Part shown: one piece after another, positions 1-8,740 of the stretch
Layout of the letters: each line of letters opens with the position of its first letter
Numbering within the stretch: position 1 is the first letter of the stretch
DNA from: a virus
Lineage: Duplodnaviria; Caudoviricetes
Direction: 5' to 3' (one strand)
DNA length: 27,895 bases
IMG/VR virus record: IMGVR_UViG_3300017785_009800
Location: 1 to 27,895 of that record
The notes under the pieces: model-generated
What the model saw: the letters and a program-made list of their open reading frames with translations, nothing else
What the model was told of the DNA's origin: nothing
Databases searched by the model: none
Position numbers and translations under genes: made by a program

Positions 1-520
1 ATTGCTTAAGCATTCTGTCTTGAAGTATCATGGTCAATTCCTTCAAATCTTCTTGCAGATTCACCAAGTGGGTTATGGCCATCTCATTGTATGGTGTTTG
101 TCCTGTAGGTGTTTTATCCAGCAATACAATTAAACCTTTGACTATATTATAGGCTTGTCCCAATTTGATTCTAATTTCATTGGATACATCATCAGGTCTA
201 GCATTCTCTGCATTCTCTGATTTACCAGCTTTTCTTGCAGCATGCTTGGCAGCAGCTTCCGGATTTTCTGCTTTCCATTTGGCCCATCTCTTCTTGTTTA
301 TGTCCCAACCCCTCTGTACACGCTCTTTCTTTTCATCAGCACTCTCTGCATCTTCATCGGTAACATTAACTTCTATCATGTCCTTACCATTGCGTAAACC
401 TTTGGGAGTAACCTTTACATTCTCCTTACCAAATTCAGCTTCAGCCTGTTTTGGATCCATGCTGGTTAATTTCCACTTCTTCTTAAAAGCTTCAAAAATC
501 AAATGATCATCGTTTTGCAT
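1..520 (-). CDS. hypothetical late protein, charged, possibly head-internal (runs to left window edge)
   Basis: Own translation MQNDDHLIFEAFKKKWKLTSMDPKQAEAEFGKENV...ILQDRMLKQ, open from 520 to position 2; TAAATA-N5-ATG upstream; absent from the ORF track because no stop lies inside the window. Confidence 0.8.
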   Translation of the reverse strand, partial: MQNDDHLIFEAFKKKWKLTSMDPKQAEAEFGKENVKVTPKGLRNGKDMIEVNVTDEDAESADEKKERVQRGWDINKKRWAKWKAENPEAAAKHAARKAGKSENAENARPDDVSNEIRIKLGQAYNIVKGLIVLLDKTPTGQTPYNEMAITHLVNLQEDLKELTMILQDRMLKQ

Positions 521-551
521 ACAATTATTTATTTAATATCAACAAAAAAGA

Positions 552-640
552 CGGTTTTTTTAACGTGGACACCGAAAAACCACGATGATGACCAGCTACT
601 TGAGGTGAACTGGCTTAACCTGACCCTTTGGTCGGCCCCC
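552..640 (-). promoter_or_regulatory. structured 3' element (hairpins plus H-type pseudoknot) followed by U-tract
   Basis: Minus strand CGTGG-TTTTTCGGTGT-CCACG-TTAAAAAAACCG-TCTTTTTT; loop CGGT can pair with ACCG; upstream GACC-AAAG-GGTC and CCAGTT/AGCTGG hairpins. Confidence 0.5.
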
Positions 641-647
641 GAAGCTC

Positions 648-899
648 TTAGTAAACCCTTAACACCCAATAACCACCAAGTTGTGCGGTGTTTTCAACAC
701 CAATACCCATCTGACCGGCAAGGCGATAGATACTGGCTGGGGTTGTATGAGGATATAAGAAAGCATCTCCCACATTCAGATTGCGCATAGTATTTCCAAG
801 CTTACCAGGATTGCGTCCTGGATTGGAAGTACCGGCTTTGCGGTAGATGGGATAATGCTCTTGGGTATGTTTCTTAACGTAGATGTTTTTAATTTTCAT
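648..899 (-). CDS. hypothetical basic early protein, possibly DNA-binding
   Basis: 83-aa ORF with a consensus sigma70-type promoter 6 nt upstream of ATG. Confidence 0.8.
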   Translation of the reverse strand: MKIKNIYVKKHTQEHYPIYRKAGTSNPGRNPGKLGNTMRNLNVGDAFLYPHTTPASIYRLAGQMGIGVENTAQLGGYWVLRVY

Positions 900-905
900 A
901 AATAT

Positions 906-933
906 ATTATACCGGGAATCTTAAACTGGTCAA
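906..933 (-). promoter_or_regulatory. sigma70-type early promoter
   Basis: TTGACC-N16-TATAAT-N6-ATG(899). Confidence 0.8.
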
Positions 934-935
934 GA

Positions 936-1073
936 TTATTTTTTAAATATTTCCTTAAAGAAGGCGATAAAGTCAATTCCAGTAAGACCAGTCTCTTCTA
1001 ACTCACGGGTCTCAATTGTTTTTCTAGCTTTTTTTACTTTTGCTTCTTTCTTTTTATTCTCTCGCCCTTTCAT
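936..1073 (-). CDS. small hypothetical protein (45 aa)
   Basis: Own translation MKGRENKKKEAKVKKARKTIETRELEETGLTGIDFIAFFKEIFKK; TATAAT 7 nt upstream. Confidence 0.6.
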   Translation of the reverse strand: MKGRENKKKEAKVKKARKTIETRELEETGLTGIDFIAFFKEIFKK

Positions 1074-1115
1074 ATAATATATTATATGAGAGAGAGAATT
1101 GTTTTACTACTGAAA

Positions 1116-1418
1116 TTAATTCTGATACCAACTTTTTTCAATAAGCTTTTCAGATACCCCATGCAGATATCGAGCGGTATGAAGAGTCATCTTTGAAACA
1201 GATAAGAACACATCGCTCAATACACTCGCAACACCTTGAAGAGCAACAATAAGAATAAAATTAATATCTGCAAGCCCTTCAACAAGAGCGGGTTGAATAA
1301 AATTGCTTATCATTCTTGTTACGGTATTTACTATGCCCGATATTATCTGAAACATAAAGTAAAGACCTTCCAGAGTTATATAGAGAAATGCATGAATCAT
1401 GTCTGTTAATATTTTCAT
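1116..1418 (-). CDS. hypothetical membrane protein
   Basis: Hydrophobic ORF; start moved to MKILTDM, which overlaps the upstream stop (ATGA). Confidence 0.65.
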   Translation of the reverse strand: MKILTDMIHAFLYITLEGLYFMFQIISGIVNTVTRMISNFIQPALVEGLADINFILIVALQGVASVLSDVFLSVSKMTLHTARYLHGVSEKLIEKSWYQN

Positions 1419-1705
1419 TGATATTGGATATGATCCTCCCATCGATAATCTTCTCGCTCAAAGAAATCATCCATCATTTCTAATAGACGAGATGGCTTAC
1501 GACCGTCAAGATCAACCCACCATTTATTGAATCGGGCAATAAATTTTCCATCTTCATTAAGATTTTTATATCCTTTTGCCCCCTCTGATTGATGGCAGAC
1601 ATGAAAGAGCTCTTCATAAGCTTCTGTCTTATCCATAAGAGCTTTATTCATATAGAGCTTAACGATTCGTTTGGCTAGGTGCTTCATTGTGTTCATATCT
1701 TTCAT
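1415..1705 (-). CDS. hypothetical protein
   Basis: 96-aa ORF in a translationally coupled run. Confidence 0.7.
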   Translation of the reverse strand: MKDMNTMKHLAKRIVKLYMNKALMDKTEAYEELFHVCHQSEGAKGYKNLNEDGKFIARFNKWWVDLDGRKPSRLLEMMDDFFEREDYRWEDHIQYQ

Positions 1706-2166
1706 GCTAGTACCCTCAATCCAGGGCTAGTTAAATGATCGTAGATGTCTTCTTTATCAGCCAATACAGCCTTATGCCATACATTGCTAAAGCTTTCATC
1801 GTTAAATAAAATACGATTGGTATTCATAGGATAGCTAGTAATCTCTCCTTCAATATTCTTAAGCTTCTTCCATGCCACGACCTGCCAGCATCCAAAGAAG
1901 TTACCATGTATAAAAGGCTTACTAATATCACCCTCATAGGAAGTAATAGCATACTCTACATCAACATCTTCAAAGAGTTTCTTTGTTTTAGCCTCTTCTC
2001 TGCTAAGCTTCTTCTGAAGCTTTTTATCCTCTTCCATACCTGCATAAGGCTTGTACCAGAATTTCATATGGTAAACGTTACGAACAATTGTAGTATCGTT
2101 ATCAACTTGGATCTTCATCCAGACACTTTTCGATGGTTTAATTAATTTATAAATGTATGCGCTCAT
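1702..2166 (-). CDS. hypothetical protein
   Basis: 154-aa ORF, tightly packed. Confidence 0.75.
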   Translation of the reverse strand: MSAYIYKLIKPSKSVWMKIQVDNDTTIVRNVYHMKFWYKPYAGMEEDKKLQKKLSREEAKTKKLFEDVDVEYAITSYEGDISKPFIHGNFFGCWQVVAWKKLKNIEGEITSYPMNTNRILFNDESFSNVWHKAVLADKEDIYDHLTSPGLRVLA

Positions 2167-2167
2167 G

Positions 2168-2353
2168 TTATAGTTCTTTCTTTATGGATGTGTAACTAAG
2201 AAAACTTGCAATTTCATTGTTCAGATGCTTCAAGAAGTCCTTCAAGTCCAGATTTTGTTGTTTTAATTCTATATTCATTTGTTTTAATTTGCAATTCTCA
2301 TCTCTCAAAGAGCTCATGGCATCTTCCCACAATCTTGTATCCTCTGATCCCAT
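2168..2353 (-). CDS. hypothetical coiled-coil protein
   Basis: Start MGSEDTRLW just after the upstream stop; heptad-like Leu pattern. Confidence 0.65.
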   Translation of the reverse strand: MGSEDTRLWEDAMSSLRDENCKLKQMNIELKQQNLDLKDFLKHLNNEIASFLSYTSIKKEL

Positions 2354-2354
2354 G

Positions 2355-2570
2355 TTATGGTTGCTCCTCTCCACAAGGAGAGATGTAACTATCTGCAGCT
2401 TTGCCATCTGCAATCAACCCATCACAATATGCATCTGCTTCTGCATAGCTGTGAAATGATTCAATGATCTGATCTTCTGTGCAATGGCAATTGTCACATG
2501 CAATCACTTCTTTCACCACATGGAACACAGGCAATGGGCCTGAGCGGTCTTCTGTTACTTTGACAATCAT
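2355..2570 (-). CDS. hypothetical protein with CxxCxC
   Basis: 71-aa ORF, ATGA overlap with upstream gene. Confidence 0.65.
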   Translation of the reverse strand: MIVKVTEDRSGPLPVFHVVKEVIACDNCHCTEDQIIESFHSYAEADAYCDGLIADGKAADSYISPCGEEQP

Positions 2571-3094
2571 GGCTTCTTCTTAAAGGTTACATCAATGGCT
2601 GTGTTCATGATGCATGCATTGGCGCTTTTCAAATTGTATCCAGGAGAACATGGGCACATGCTGCAGCCTGCACGCATGCTAAACTTCATGCCATACCAAC
2701 CAGCTTCAATGAGAAAGCTTTGAATTTCAAATGATGCCACATTGAAGAATGCATGCAAAAACGTTTCATCCAGCTTGAGTTCTGTGCGATTGAATTTGCG
2801 CCACAATTTGTCATTGTCTCTGTCTGCACCCTTGACACTGTGCTCAGGCTTCTGCATGTACCAGCGATGGTCAGGTTTCAATTCATCAGGAGCAGGCACC
2901 CCACCCCGGAACAAGATATTCTTTTTGGCAGAGTTCCTCTCACTGTAGCGAGCACGGAAATTTACAGTGGCAGTCCAGCATTGCTTATCATCTGCATACA
3001 ACGGGTCAAACATGTCGAAGGTGAAGTCCTTGTTATGCCTGCCAGAACTGTACAATGCATTCCAATCAATTTTGTCTATCGTTTCATTCATCAT
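2567..3094 (-). CDS. hypothetical phage protein with C-terminal AGCSMCPCSPG motif
   Basis: 175-aa ORF; promoter directly upstream. Confidence 0.8.
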   Translation of the reverse strand: MMNETIDKIDWNALYSSGRHNKDFTFDMFDPLYADDKQCWTATVNFRARYSERNSAKKNILFRGGVPAPDELKPDHRWYMQKPEHSVKGADRDNDKLWRKFNRTELKLDETFLHAFFNVASFEIQSFLIEAGWYGMKFSMRAGCSMCPCSPGYNLKSANACIMNTAIDVTFKKKP

Positions 3095-3100
3095 ACTACT

Positions 3101-3128
3101 ATTATGCAGGAATACAGAATTCAGTCAA
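3101..3128 (-). promoter_or_regulatory. sigma70-type early promoter
   Basis: TTGACT-N16-CATAAT-N6-ATG(3094). Confidence 0.75.
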
Positions 3129-3307
3129 GCTTCTTCTTCAGCTATGACACGCATGTATTGCATTGCAAATTCAATATCTTTCTCAGGATATTTCTTGAGA
3201 CGCAGGAAATCTTCCATGGTGCCATGCTCTTCAGCAATGTAATAATCAGGAAATCCATGCTGCCAGCCTGAAGGAGGATCTATAAGAATGCCCTTACGTT
3301 TACTCAT
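3125..3307 (-). CDS. hypothetical phage protein (IDPPSGWxxGFP motif)
   Basis: 60-aa ORF. Confidence 0.7.
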   Translation of the reverse strand: MSKRKGILIDPPSGWQHGFPDYYIAEEHGTMEDFLRLKKYPEKDIEFAMQYMRVIAEEEA

Positions 3308-3310
3308 AAA

Positions 3311-3427
3311 TTATTTTCTTGCTGCTAACTCTTCTAACTTTTCTATTTCTTCTTCTGTATATTGGTCTGCAATACCAGGCTCCATTACTATGCGCATGAG
3401 AGCTTGATGCGCTTGTGCTTTATTCAT
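3311..3427 (-). CDS. small hypothetical protein (38 aa)
   Basis: Own translation MNKAQAHQALMRIVMEPGIADQYTEEEIEKLEELAARK; fills the gap in the operon. Confidence 0.55.
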   Translation of the reverse strand: MNKAQAHQALMRIVMEPGIADQYTEEEIEKLEELAARK

Positions 3428-3617
3428 CTACAATGCCCACTTCTCCTTCAAATTCATAAGAACATCCCTTGAGAAAATAGCCTACTTGCCGCAAAACCTC
3501 ATCAATAGTAGTAGCTTCAAATTGCATTGTCAATGTTGGTCTGCATATTTCCACACTGCCAACCCTATCAGAAGATTTACCATCCATGAATTGCCATTCG
3601 AATTTAAACTTGTTCAT
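3420..3617 (-). CDS. hypothetical phage protein
   Basis: 65-aa ORF, coupled. Confidence 0.7.
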   Translation of the reverse strand: MNKFKFEWQFMDGKSSDRVGSVEICRPTLTMQFEATTIDEVLRQVGYFLKGCSYEFEGEVGIVDE

Positions 3618-3862
3618 TTTTTTACCTTGAAGCTTCTGGGCACATCCAGCTCGAACTTATTGCCAATCATATGTGTAAGAATGTGATTCATGCCAATATT
3701 CACATATTCAGATTGAGTGATAACGTTTCTTCCAACTTGAGCAATCATCTCAAGATAATTTTCCGGCCCTGTCATATCAGCCTGATAGTAGGTCACTTTC
3801 TTAAATGGCCCCAGAGCTATTGTTCCTATTTTTGTTTCTGACTTTTTCTTAGTTCTTTTCAT
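3614..3862 (-). CDS. hypothetical protein
   Basis: 82-aa ORF. Confidence 0.7.
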   Translation of the reverse strand: MKRTKKKSETKIGTIALGPFKKVTYYQADMTGPENYLEMIAQVGRNVITQSEYVNIGMNHILTHMIGNKFELDVPRSFKVKK

Positions 3863-3869
3863 ATTGTTA

Positions 3870-4019
3870 TTATAGTTCTTTATTGATATGATTCAACATA
3901 TCTTCTGCAATTACTTTAATAATATGACAGTCATCACCTTCATGGCCAACGGTCTCTGTGCTTCGCTCAGCCAATTCAATGATGCGTCTCAGGTTGTATG
4001 CAAAGTCGTGCTTATTCAT
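3870..4019 (-). CDS. hypothetical protein
   Basis: Start moved to MNKHDFAYN to avoid a long overlap. Confidence 0.6.
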   Translation of the reverse strand: MNKHDFAYNLRRIIELAERSTETVGHEGDDCHIIKVIAEDMLNHINKEL

Positions 4020-4290
4020 TGATGCGCTCCTCATAAAGCTCAACACACTCTTGAACATATGCATCTGTATCTTTTGCATTACCCTTCCAGATACCAAACA
4101 TCTCATGATTAATATCTGAAGAGCCAATGCCACATCCTGTGCCTTCTAGCTCTCTATTCAAGCGGAAGGATGCACCAGAACGAACTTGCATCTGAGTCAA
4201 AGGGGGAAGGTTTTTCATCACTTCCTGCCACTCTTTCCAATCCATTTCAAATTGTTTATGATACTCTTTTTCTGTCATTTGTTTCATCAT
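4012..4290 (-). CDS. hypothetical protein
   Basis: 92-aa ORF with promoter 6 nt upstream. Confidence 0.75.
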   Translation of the reverse strand: MMKQMTEKEYHKQFEMDWKEWQEVMKNLPPLTQMQVRSGASFRLNRELEGTGCGIGSSDINHEMFGIWKGNAKDTDAYVQECVELYEERINE

Positions 4291-4296
4291 ACCAAT

Positions 4297-4324
4297 ATTA
4301 TGAAGGAATATAACCTTTAGTCAA
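4297..4324 (-). promoter_or_regulatory. sigma70-type early promoter
   Basis: TTGACT-N16-CATAAT-ATTGGT-ATG(4290). Confidence 0.75.
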
Positions 4325-4514
4325 GATTTTTTATTTTACAATACTTTACGTTTACGCCTGTAGCTTCTTTAACCGCTTGATGAGAGCGATAGTTTAAATT
4401 ACCAAACCCTACATGACATTGATAATTGTCAAGATCTGCAACTAGTTCTGTAGGAAGCCTCTTGCGCTTATCATACGACTCGTATTCGATGTCGTATATT
4501 AATACTGCTTTCAT
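4317..4514 (-). CDS. hypothetical protein
   Basis: 65-aa ORF. Confidence 0.65.
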   Translation of the reverse strand: MKAVLIYDIEYESYDKRKRLPTELVADLDNYQCHVGFGNLNYRSHQAVKEATGVNVKYCKIKNLD

Positions 4515-4517
4515 TAA

Positions 4518-4712
4518 TTATAGTTCTTTATTATTAGTGAGAAATACTTGCTTTGGATTAGCACCAAACTTACCAGCTAGATCAATATCACCTCTAAACG
4601 ATTCTACTTGATCAATATTAACCATTCTTCCCCCAGTAAGAACTTGAACCGATTGACTGAGCTGCTCTGGGGTAAGCATATTAATGATGTCTCGTAATCT
4701 TGCAAATGTCAT
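4518..4712 (-). CDS. hypothetical protein
   Basis: 64-aa ORF. Confidence 0.65.
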   Translation of the reverse strand: MTFARLRDIINMLTPEQLSQSVQVLTGGRMVNIDQVESFRGDIDLAGKFGANPKQVFLTNNKEL

Positions 4713-4720
4713 AAAGTTAT

Positions 4721-4990
4721 TTATTGATCTACTTCTACAAGATCGTAATCTTTAAGGGTTACTGCTTTGGTAAAAGGATGCTTGAGAAAACCTTTTGCAT
4801 CTGCAAGCTTTTCGAAAGCAAATTGCTGATCTCGCTTACCGTTACTTAAGTTAGTTCCTCCTCCTACTCCTCGCCCGTTATACTTCTCTTTGCATAGAGT
4901 TTCCAATTGAATCTCAGAATCCGTATACTTGTGCTGAGCCTTCATAAACACCAACAGACTATATTCTTTGTTCGTTTGTTTTTTCATCAT
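4721..4990 (-). CDS. hypothetical protein
   Basis: 89-aa ORF with promoter 6 nt upstream. Confidence 0.7.
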   Translation of the reverse strand: MMKKQTNKEYSLLVFMKAQHKYTDSEIQLETLCKEKYNGRGVGGGTNLSNGKRDQQFAFEKLADAKGFLKHPFTKAVTLKDYDLVEVDQ

Positions 4991-4996
4991 ACCAAT

Positions 4997-5024
4997 ATTA
5001 TGGCTGAACCTAGGAATAGGTCAA
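4997..5024 (-). promoter_or_regulatory. sigma70-type early promoter
   Basis: TTGACC-N16-CATAAT-ATTGGT-ATG(4990). Confidence 0.75.
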
Positions 5025-5500
5025 CTCTTTTTTATAAGCTCAGGGGAATATTGAGGAGGTACAGCTATAACAGATTCATTCTTAGCGCTTTCAAGCTTAG
5101 CTGTTCTTTCTCTTAACTCACTAGATGAATATATATGACGGCGCTTGTGATAGTGTAGCTCTATTCCATTATCAATACAATATTGTTTACCAGTAAAATC
5201 TCTATTTTCATACTCTTCACTTAAGAAGCGCACATGAATGGTTTGTGTCATTAGTAACTGTAGAAGATCAAACTCTGTACTGTATATAAGAATCTCATCA
5301 ACATACTTACACGCTTGAAGCTGGACGTATCTTTCGTAAATGCTCTGCACGGGCTTATTCTTTACACCTGGTCTATCGATTGTTGGGTCAACCTGTAGAG
5401 CTACTTTAAGATAGTCACAGAGCTCTCTTTCCATTCGGAGCATAGTAACATGACCGCAATGTAATAAATCAAACGAGCTGCAATTAAATCCTATCTTCAT
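5021..5500 (-). CDS. cytidylyltransferase, glycerol-3-phosphate cytidylyltransferase (TagD)-like
   Basis: FDLLHCGH (HxGH), DPTIDRP..KNKPVQSIYER, C-terminal SSSELR. Confidence 0.9.
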   Translation of the reverse strand: MKIGFNCSSFDLLHCGHVTMLRMERELCDYLKVALQVDPTIDRPGVKNKPVQSIYERYVQLQACKYVDEILIYSTEFDLLQLLMTQTIHVRFLSEEYENRDFTGKQYCIDNGIELHYHKRRHIYSSSELRERTAKLESAKNESVIAVPPQYSPELIKKS

Positions 5501-5548
5501 ACAAACACTTATCTGTAATTATAAAATGCTCAAGTATTAAATATTTTT

Positions 5549-5752
5549 ATGAGGTTTGATTCTTTATTAAATAAGTTTCTTACAGAGTATAATGCTCGGC
5601 CTATAGAAGGTATTATATACGAACAATATAGCATTGTAGAGAAGAAGGGGTTCTATTATTTGTTCAATGAAAAAAGAAATAAGATTCTAGGATCCGGCAA
5701 GACGATTAGTCAGGTAAAAGAGTTAGCTGATACCATTAATAGTGGGTGCTAG
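5549..5752 (+). CDS. hypothetical late protein
   Basis: 67-aa ORF with TAAATA-N5-ATG. Confidence 0.7.
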   Translation: MRFDSLLNKFLTEYNARPIEGIIYEQYSIVEKKGFYYLFNEKRNKILGSGKTISQVKELADTINSGC

Positions 5753-5925
5753 AACCAAGGCTTGTCAATATAATTGGCTTGATGCTTTTTCGTTTCATTA
5801 TAGGCTAATCTCAATTTAAAATGATTAAGAGTATTTCCTAGCTCATTAACTAGTTCATTTAGCTCGAGTTCATTTTTTTCTTGAAACTGTTCAACGAGCT
5901 CAATCAAGCGTTTTAATACTGTCAT
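5749..5925 (-). CDS. small hypothetical protein (58 aa)
   Basis: Own translation MTVLKRLIELVEQFQEKNELELNELVNELG...DKPWF. Confidence 0.55.
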   Translation of the reverse strand: MTVLKRLIELVEQFQEKNELELNELVNELGNTLNHFKLRLAYNETKKHQANYIDKPWF

Positions 5926-5959
5926 AGTATTAAAGATATTTATTCTCTAATATCTACTT

Positions 5960-6634
5960 TTAGAGAGGAGTCCAGTAATTAAACCAAACTCTCGGATTAA
6001 TATTTTTTTCAGGAACAATATTTAACCCTATAGTTACTCGGGGCTTATCTTCTTTTGTCCAAGGCATAGAGCGATGCCTATCACCCTTACCTCTAACTAA
6101 AACAAGCACATTATCCTCACACTCAACATCTACAATTTCATTTGTCTCCGGAAGCACATATCTCGTAATACTATCTTGTGCATTAACATAAAATACACCG
6201 TGCCAAGAATCTAATTTTTCATGATAGTGCGTATGCCAATCATGATGATCGTTTTTATTTTTAAAATATGCATTAGGCCATCCATCAATAAAGTAATTTT
6301 CATTATCATTAATTAAAGAGTTAAAACACTTTTTAATACTAGAATGCAAATTATAAAATTCTTTAAATGCGTAAGTAAACATATTAATATATCCATAGCC
6401 CTTGTTTTCCTTCCAATGATAGAGATATGACATACATTCATCTAGTTCCGGATTTAAACCCAAGGTTTTATTTTTTTCTGCTATAAAAAGTTTTTTAATT
6501 TCATTTTGGACGGGATGAGACAAAATACTATTTCTTATTTCTATCATTTCTATGCAACTCTTAAACATTACATCAAGATTAAGATCTAATTTAAATCCGT
6601 AAATATAATCTTTTTTATTAAAAATATGTTCCAT
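5960..6634 (-). CDS. putative 2OG-Fe(II) oxygenase-fold protein
   Basis: W.N.Y..., HDWHTH, WHGVFYV, later HRS and RVTIGLNI, matching the phage DSBH oxygenase pattern. Confidence 0.7.
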   Translation of the reverse strand: MEHIFNKKDYIYGFKLDLNLDVMFKSCIEMIEIRNSILSHPVQNEIKKLFIAEKNKTLGLNPELDECMSYLYHWKENKGYGYINMFTYAFKEFYNLHSSIKKCFNSLINDNENYFIDGWPNAYFKNKNDHHDWHTHYHEKLDSWHGVFYVNAQDSITRYVLPETNEIVDVECEDNVLVLVRGKGDRHRSMPWTKEDKPRVTIGLNIVPEKNINPRVWFNYWTPL

Positions 6635-6643
6635 ACAATATAA

Positions 6644-6943
6644 TTATATTTTTATTCTTTTAATTCCAGTATCATCTTCTTCTTGTCTATTAAAATTATT
6701 AATAGGGTAAAAGTAGGGCTTTACATCTTCTGTTGAGTAAGTAAAATGCGTTCCAGGATACTCTTTCATTTTCCTGGTACAATAGACTGCTGCTTCTCTG
6801 ACAGCAGAATTGCCATTGGAGGCTTTAACAATCTTGTCGTAGGATATATTAGGATTAATTGAAAAAACACAATCAGGGTCACTTACAGAAACCTTTACTA
6901 ACCAGAGCTGAGGACGTAAGCTATATTTTTTAACTTTTGCCAT
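6644..6943 (-). CDS. hypothetical protein
   Basis: Start moved to MAKVKKY; TTGCGT-N17-TATACT-N6-ATG upstream. Confidence 0.7.
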   Translation of the reverse strand: MAKVKKYSLRPQLWLVKVSVSDPDCVFSINPNISYDKIVKASNGNSAVREAAVYCTRKMKEYPGTHFTYSTEDVKPYFYPINNFNRQEEDDTGIKRIKI

Positions 6944-7241
6944 ATGAACAGTATAATACCTCTGGTCTAATAACGCAAGGAACAAAATCAAAATATTTGC
7001 TACCGTCTTTATCATACCACATTTGCCCTCCTCTAAAGGAAAGAGCAGGATCATCTTTAAGATATGATAACTCTAAAGCGGCCATAGTTTCTTTTGCAAG
7101 ATAGGTATTAATTATTTGTTCCTTTGTTACCTCTTTTGGGGGCTCATCAAATTGATTTAAAAGCTCTCCTAATGTATTAGGACCAGACGCGACTTTTTTA
7201 ATAGTAAAAAAGCTTTTAATATATTCGAATAATGCGAACAT
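6930..7241 (-). CDS. hypothetical protein
   Basis: Probable start MFALFEYIK. Confidence 0.65.
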   Translation of the reverse strand: MFALFEYIKSFFTIKKVASGPNTLGELLNQFDEPPKEVTKEQIINTYLAKETMAALELSYLKDDPALSFRGGQMWYDKDGSKYFDFVPCVIRPEVLYCSYGKS

Positions 7242-7389
7242 AAAGATTAGATAATAATATCCAGATTGATTGTGACGCCCAACCAAGAATAAAGCCTAAT
7301 ATTATTAGCGCTAGTCCCACAGAACAATCATTAACAATAATCTTTATAACTGTATTAAGCCATTTACCGAGCGTACGGATCAGCTTCAT
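7216..7389 (-). CDS. small membrane protein
   Basis: MKLIRTLGKW... with a hydrophobic helix. Confidence 0.55.
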   Translation of the reverse strand: MKLIRTLGKWLNTVIKIIVNDCSVGLALIILGFILGWASQSIWILLSNLYVRIIRIY

Positions 7390-7543
7390 TGATATAAACC
7401 TGACAAAGATTAAACCCTTCACCGAGAGTCTCCTGAAGAGAGGCTTGCGCCTCTTTAGCAGATTCCGCTTTTACTTTTTTATAACCCATAAAAACTGGAG
7501 GGCATTTATCGTTGCGATAAGTTTCAAACAAGTACGAGTTCAT
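7364..7543 (-). CDS. small hypothetical protein (59 aa)
   Basis: Own translation MNSYLFETYRNDKCPPVFMGYKKVKAESAKEAQASLQETLGEGFNLCQVYINEADPYAR. Confidence 0.6.
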   Translation of the reverse strand: MNSYLFETYRNDKCPPVFMGYKKVKAESAKEAQASLQETLGEGFNLCQVYINEADPYAR

Positions 7544-7715
7544 TTTTCTCCGGGGTTAAATTTACTATACTAAGAAAGTTCTCGAGCTGTTCTGCTTCGA
7601 GCTTTACATCAAATCTTTTACTAATATCATGTACAATACTGTTTAAGATAGTTTCATTATTGACGATAGACGTCAATACCATATTAACTATATGTTGGTT
7701 ATTTTTGCTATTCAT
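7524..7715 (-). CDS. hypothetical protein
   Basis: 63-aa ORF; TTGATG-N17-TATAAT-N6-ATG upstream. Confidence 0.7.
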   Translation of the reverse strand: MNSKNNQHIVNMVLTSIVNNETILNSIVHDISKRFDVKLEAEQLENFLSIVNLTPEKNELVLV

Positions 7716-7761
7716 TTATATATTATAAGCTACTTTTTAACATACATCAATAAAAGATTTA

Positions 7762-8010
7762 CTATTTATCCTCTTCCAATTCTCTCACAGTTTCTTTAGC
7801 ATCATTATATTCAAGATGTTGAGAAGAATCTATAATAAAATCGAGAAGTAAATCATACATTTCATTAAGCTTTTTATTATTCTTAATTAAATGCTTAGCA
7901 GAGTCGTCAAGGGTAACTAGAAATTTATAAAATAAAATATTGTATCGCGAGAGAAACAATCTATCACAAGCTTTTTTTATTTCTTCTTTTTCTTTCGAAG
8001 AGGTAATCAT
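7762..8010 (-). CDS. hypothetical protein
   Basis: 82-aa ORF; TATAAT 7 nt upstream. Confidence 0.65.
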   Translation of the reverse strand: MITSSKEKEEIKKACDRLFLSRYNILFYKFLVTLDDSAKHLIKNNKKLNEMYDLLLDFIIDSSQHLEYNDAKETVRELEEDK

Positions 8011-8092
8011 GATAGAGATTATAGAGCTTAAAAATATATGCTATAGGAAATAAAATAAACAGCGCAACAAAACCCTCGATACATTTTTTCAC

Positions 8093-8353
8093 TCATTTAC
8101 TTATATCAAATCCTTCATCTTCGAGAATGATCTGAGCGCTCTCTTCAGCAATACTAATAGCATCTTGATAATCTTTATCTTGAATACATTCAACAACAGC
8201 ATCGACCTCGTTAGCTACAATGCTTGTATCAGCCAAATCATCCAGCTCCATAGGGACATATTTGTTAATGTTAAGGTTGATCAACCAACGTGCCACTTCA
8301 TGCTCGTCGTGACCCGCATCAATATAGTCTTGTACTTTAGAAGTTGTAATCAT
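8093..8353 (-). CDS. hypothetical acidic protein
   Basis: 86-aa D/E-rich ORF. Confidence 0.7.
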   Translation of the reverse strand: MITTSKVQDYIDAGHDEHEVARWLINLNINKYVPMELDDLADTSIVANEVDAVVECIQDKDYQDAISIAEESAQIILEDEGFDISK

Positions 8354-8714
8354 AGAATTTTATCGCTTGTTCGCCTTTCTTATGCAGACCAAATAAGCTA
8401 TACTGTGTTCTTTGTCCGACTTCTGCCCAACGCTTAGCCTTAGCACGCCAGCTAAGGGTCTTCACTGTATTCTTTGGGTTGCTAGAGAGCTTATATTCCT
8501 GTGAATGATTATCAGCAAAGTGACCGCAAAAACCGCCTGGGTGAAAATCTTTAGGCTTACGCGTACATTCTGAATCTAATTCACGAATTACAATTCTACG
8601 AGGGCTAATAACTTCTATCACTTCCCAAGCATCTCTATCTGTATAATGAAATTCGGTTACATGCTGACCAACAAACGGCGCTTGTTCAGGTAATTGTACT
8701 GTCTTAAGGTTCAT
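8337..8714 (-). CDS. hypothetical phage protein
   Basis: 125-aa ORF; TTGCTT-N16-CATAAT-N6-ATG at 8721-8748. Confidence 0.75.
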   Translation of the reverse strand: MNLKTVQLPEQAPFVGQHVTEFHYTDRDAWEVIEVISPRRIVIRELDSECTRKPKDFHPGGFCGHFADNHSQEYKLSSNPKNTVKTLSWRAKAKRWAEVGQRTQYSLFGLHKKGEQAIKFYDYNF

Positions 8715-8740
8715 ACAAGCATTATGATTGAATTATAAAA

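Noticed and set aside
165-790. Plus-strand ORFs 165-506 and 503-790
   Set aside because: Antisense shadows of the minus-strand gene 1-520, the structured intergenic region and gene 648-899.
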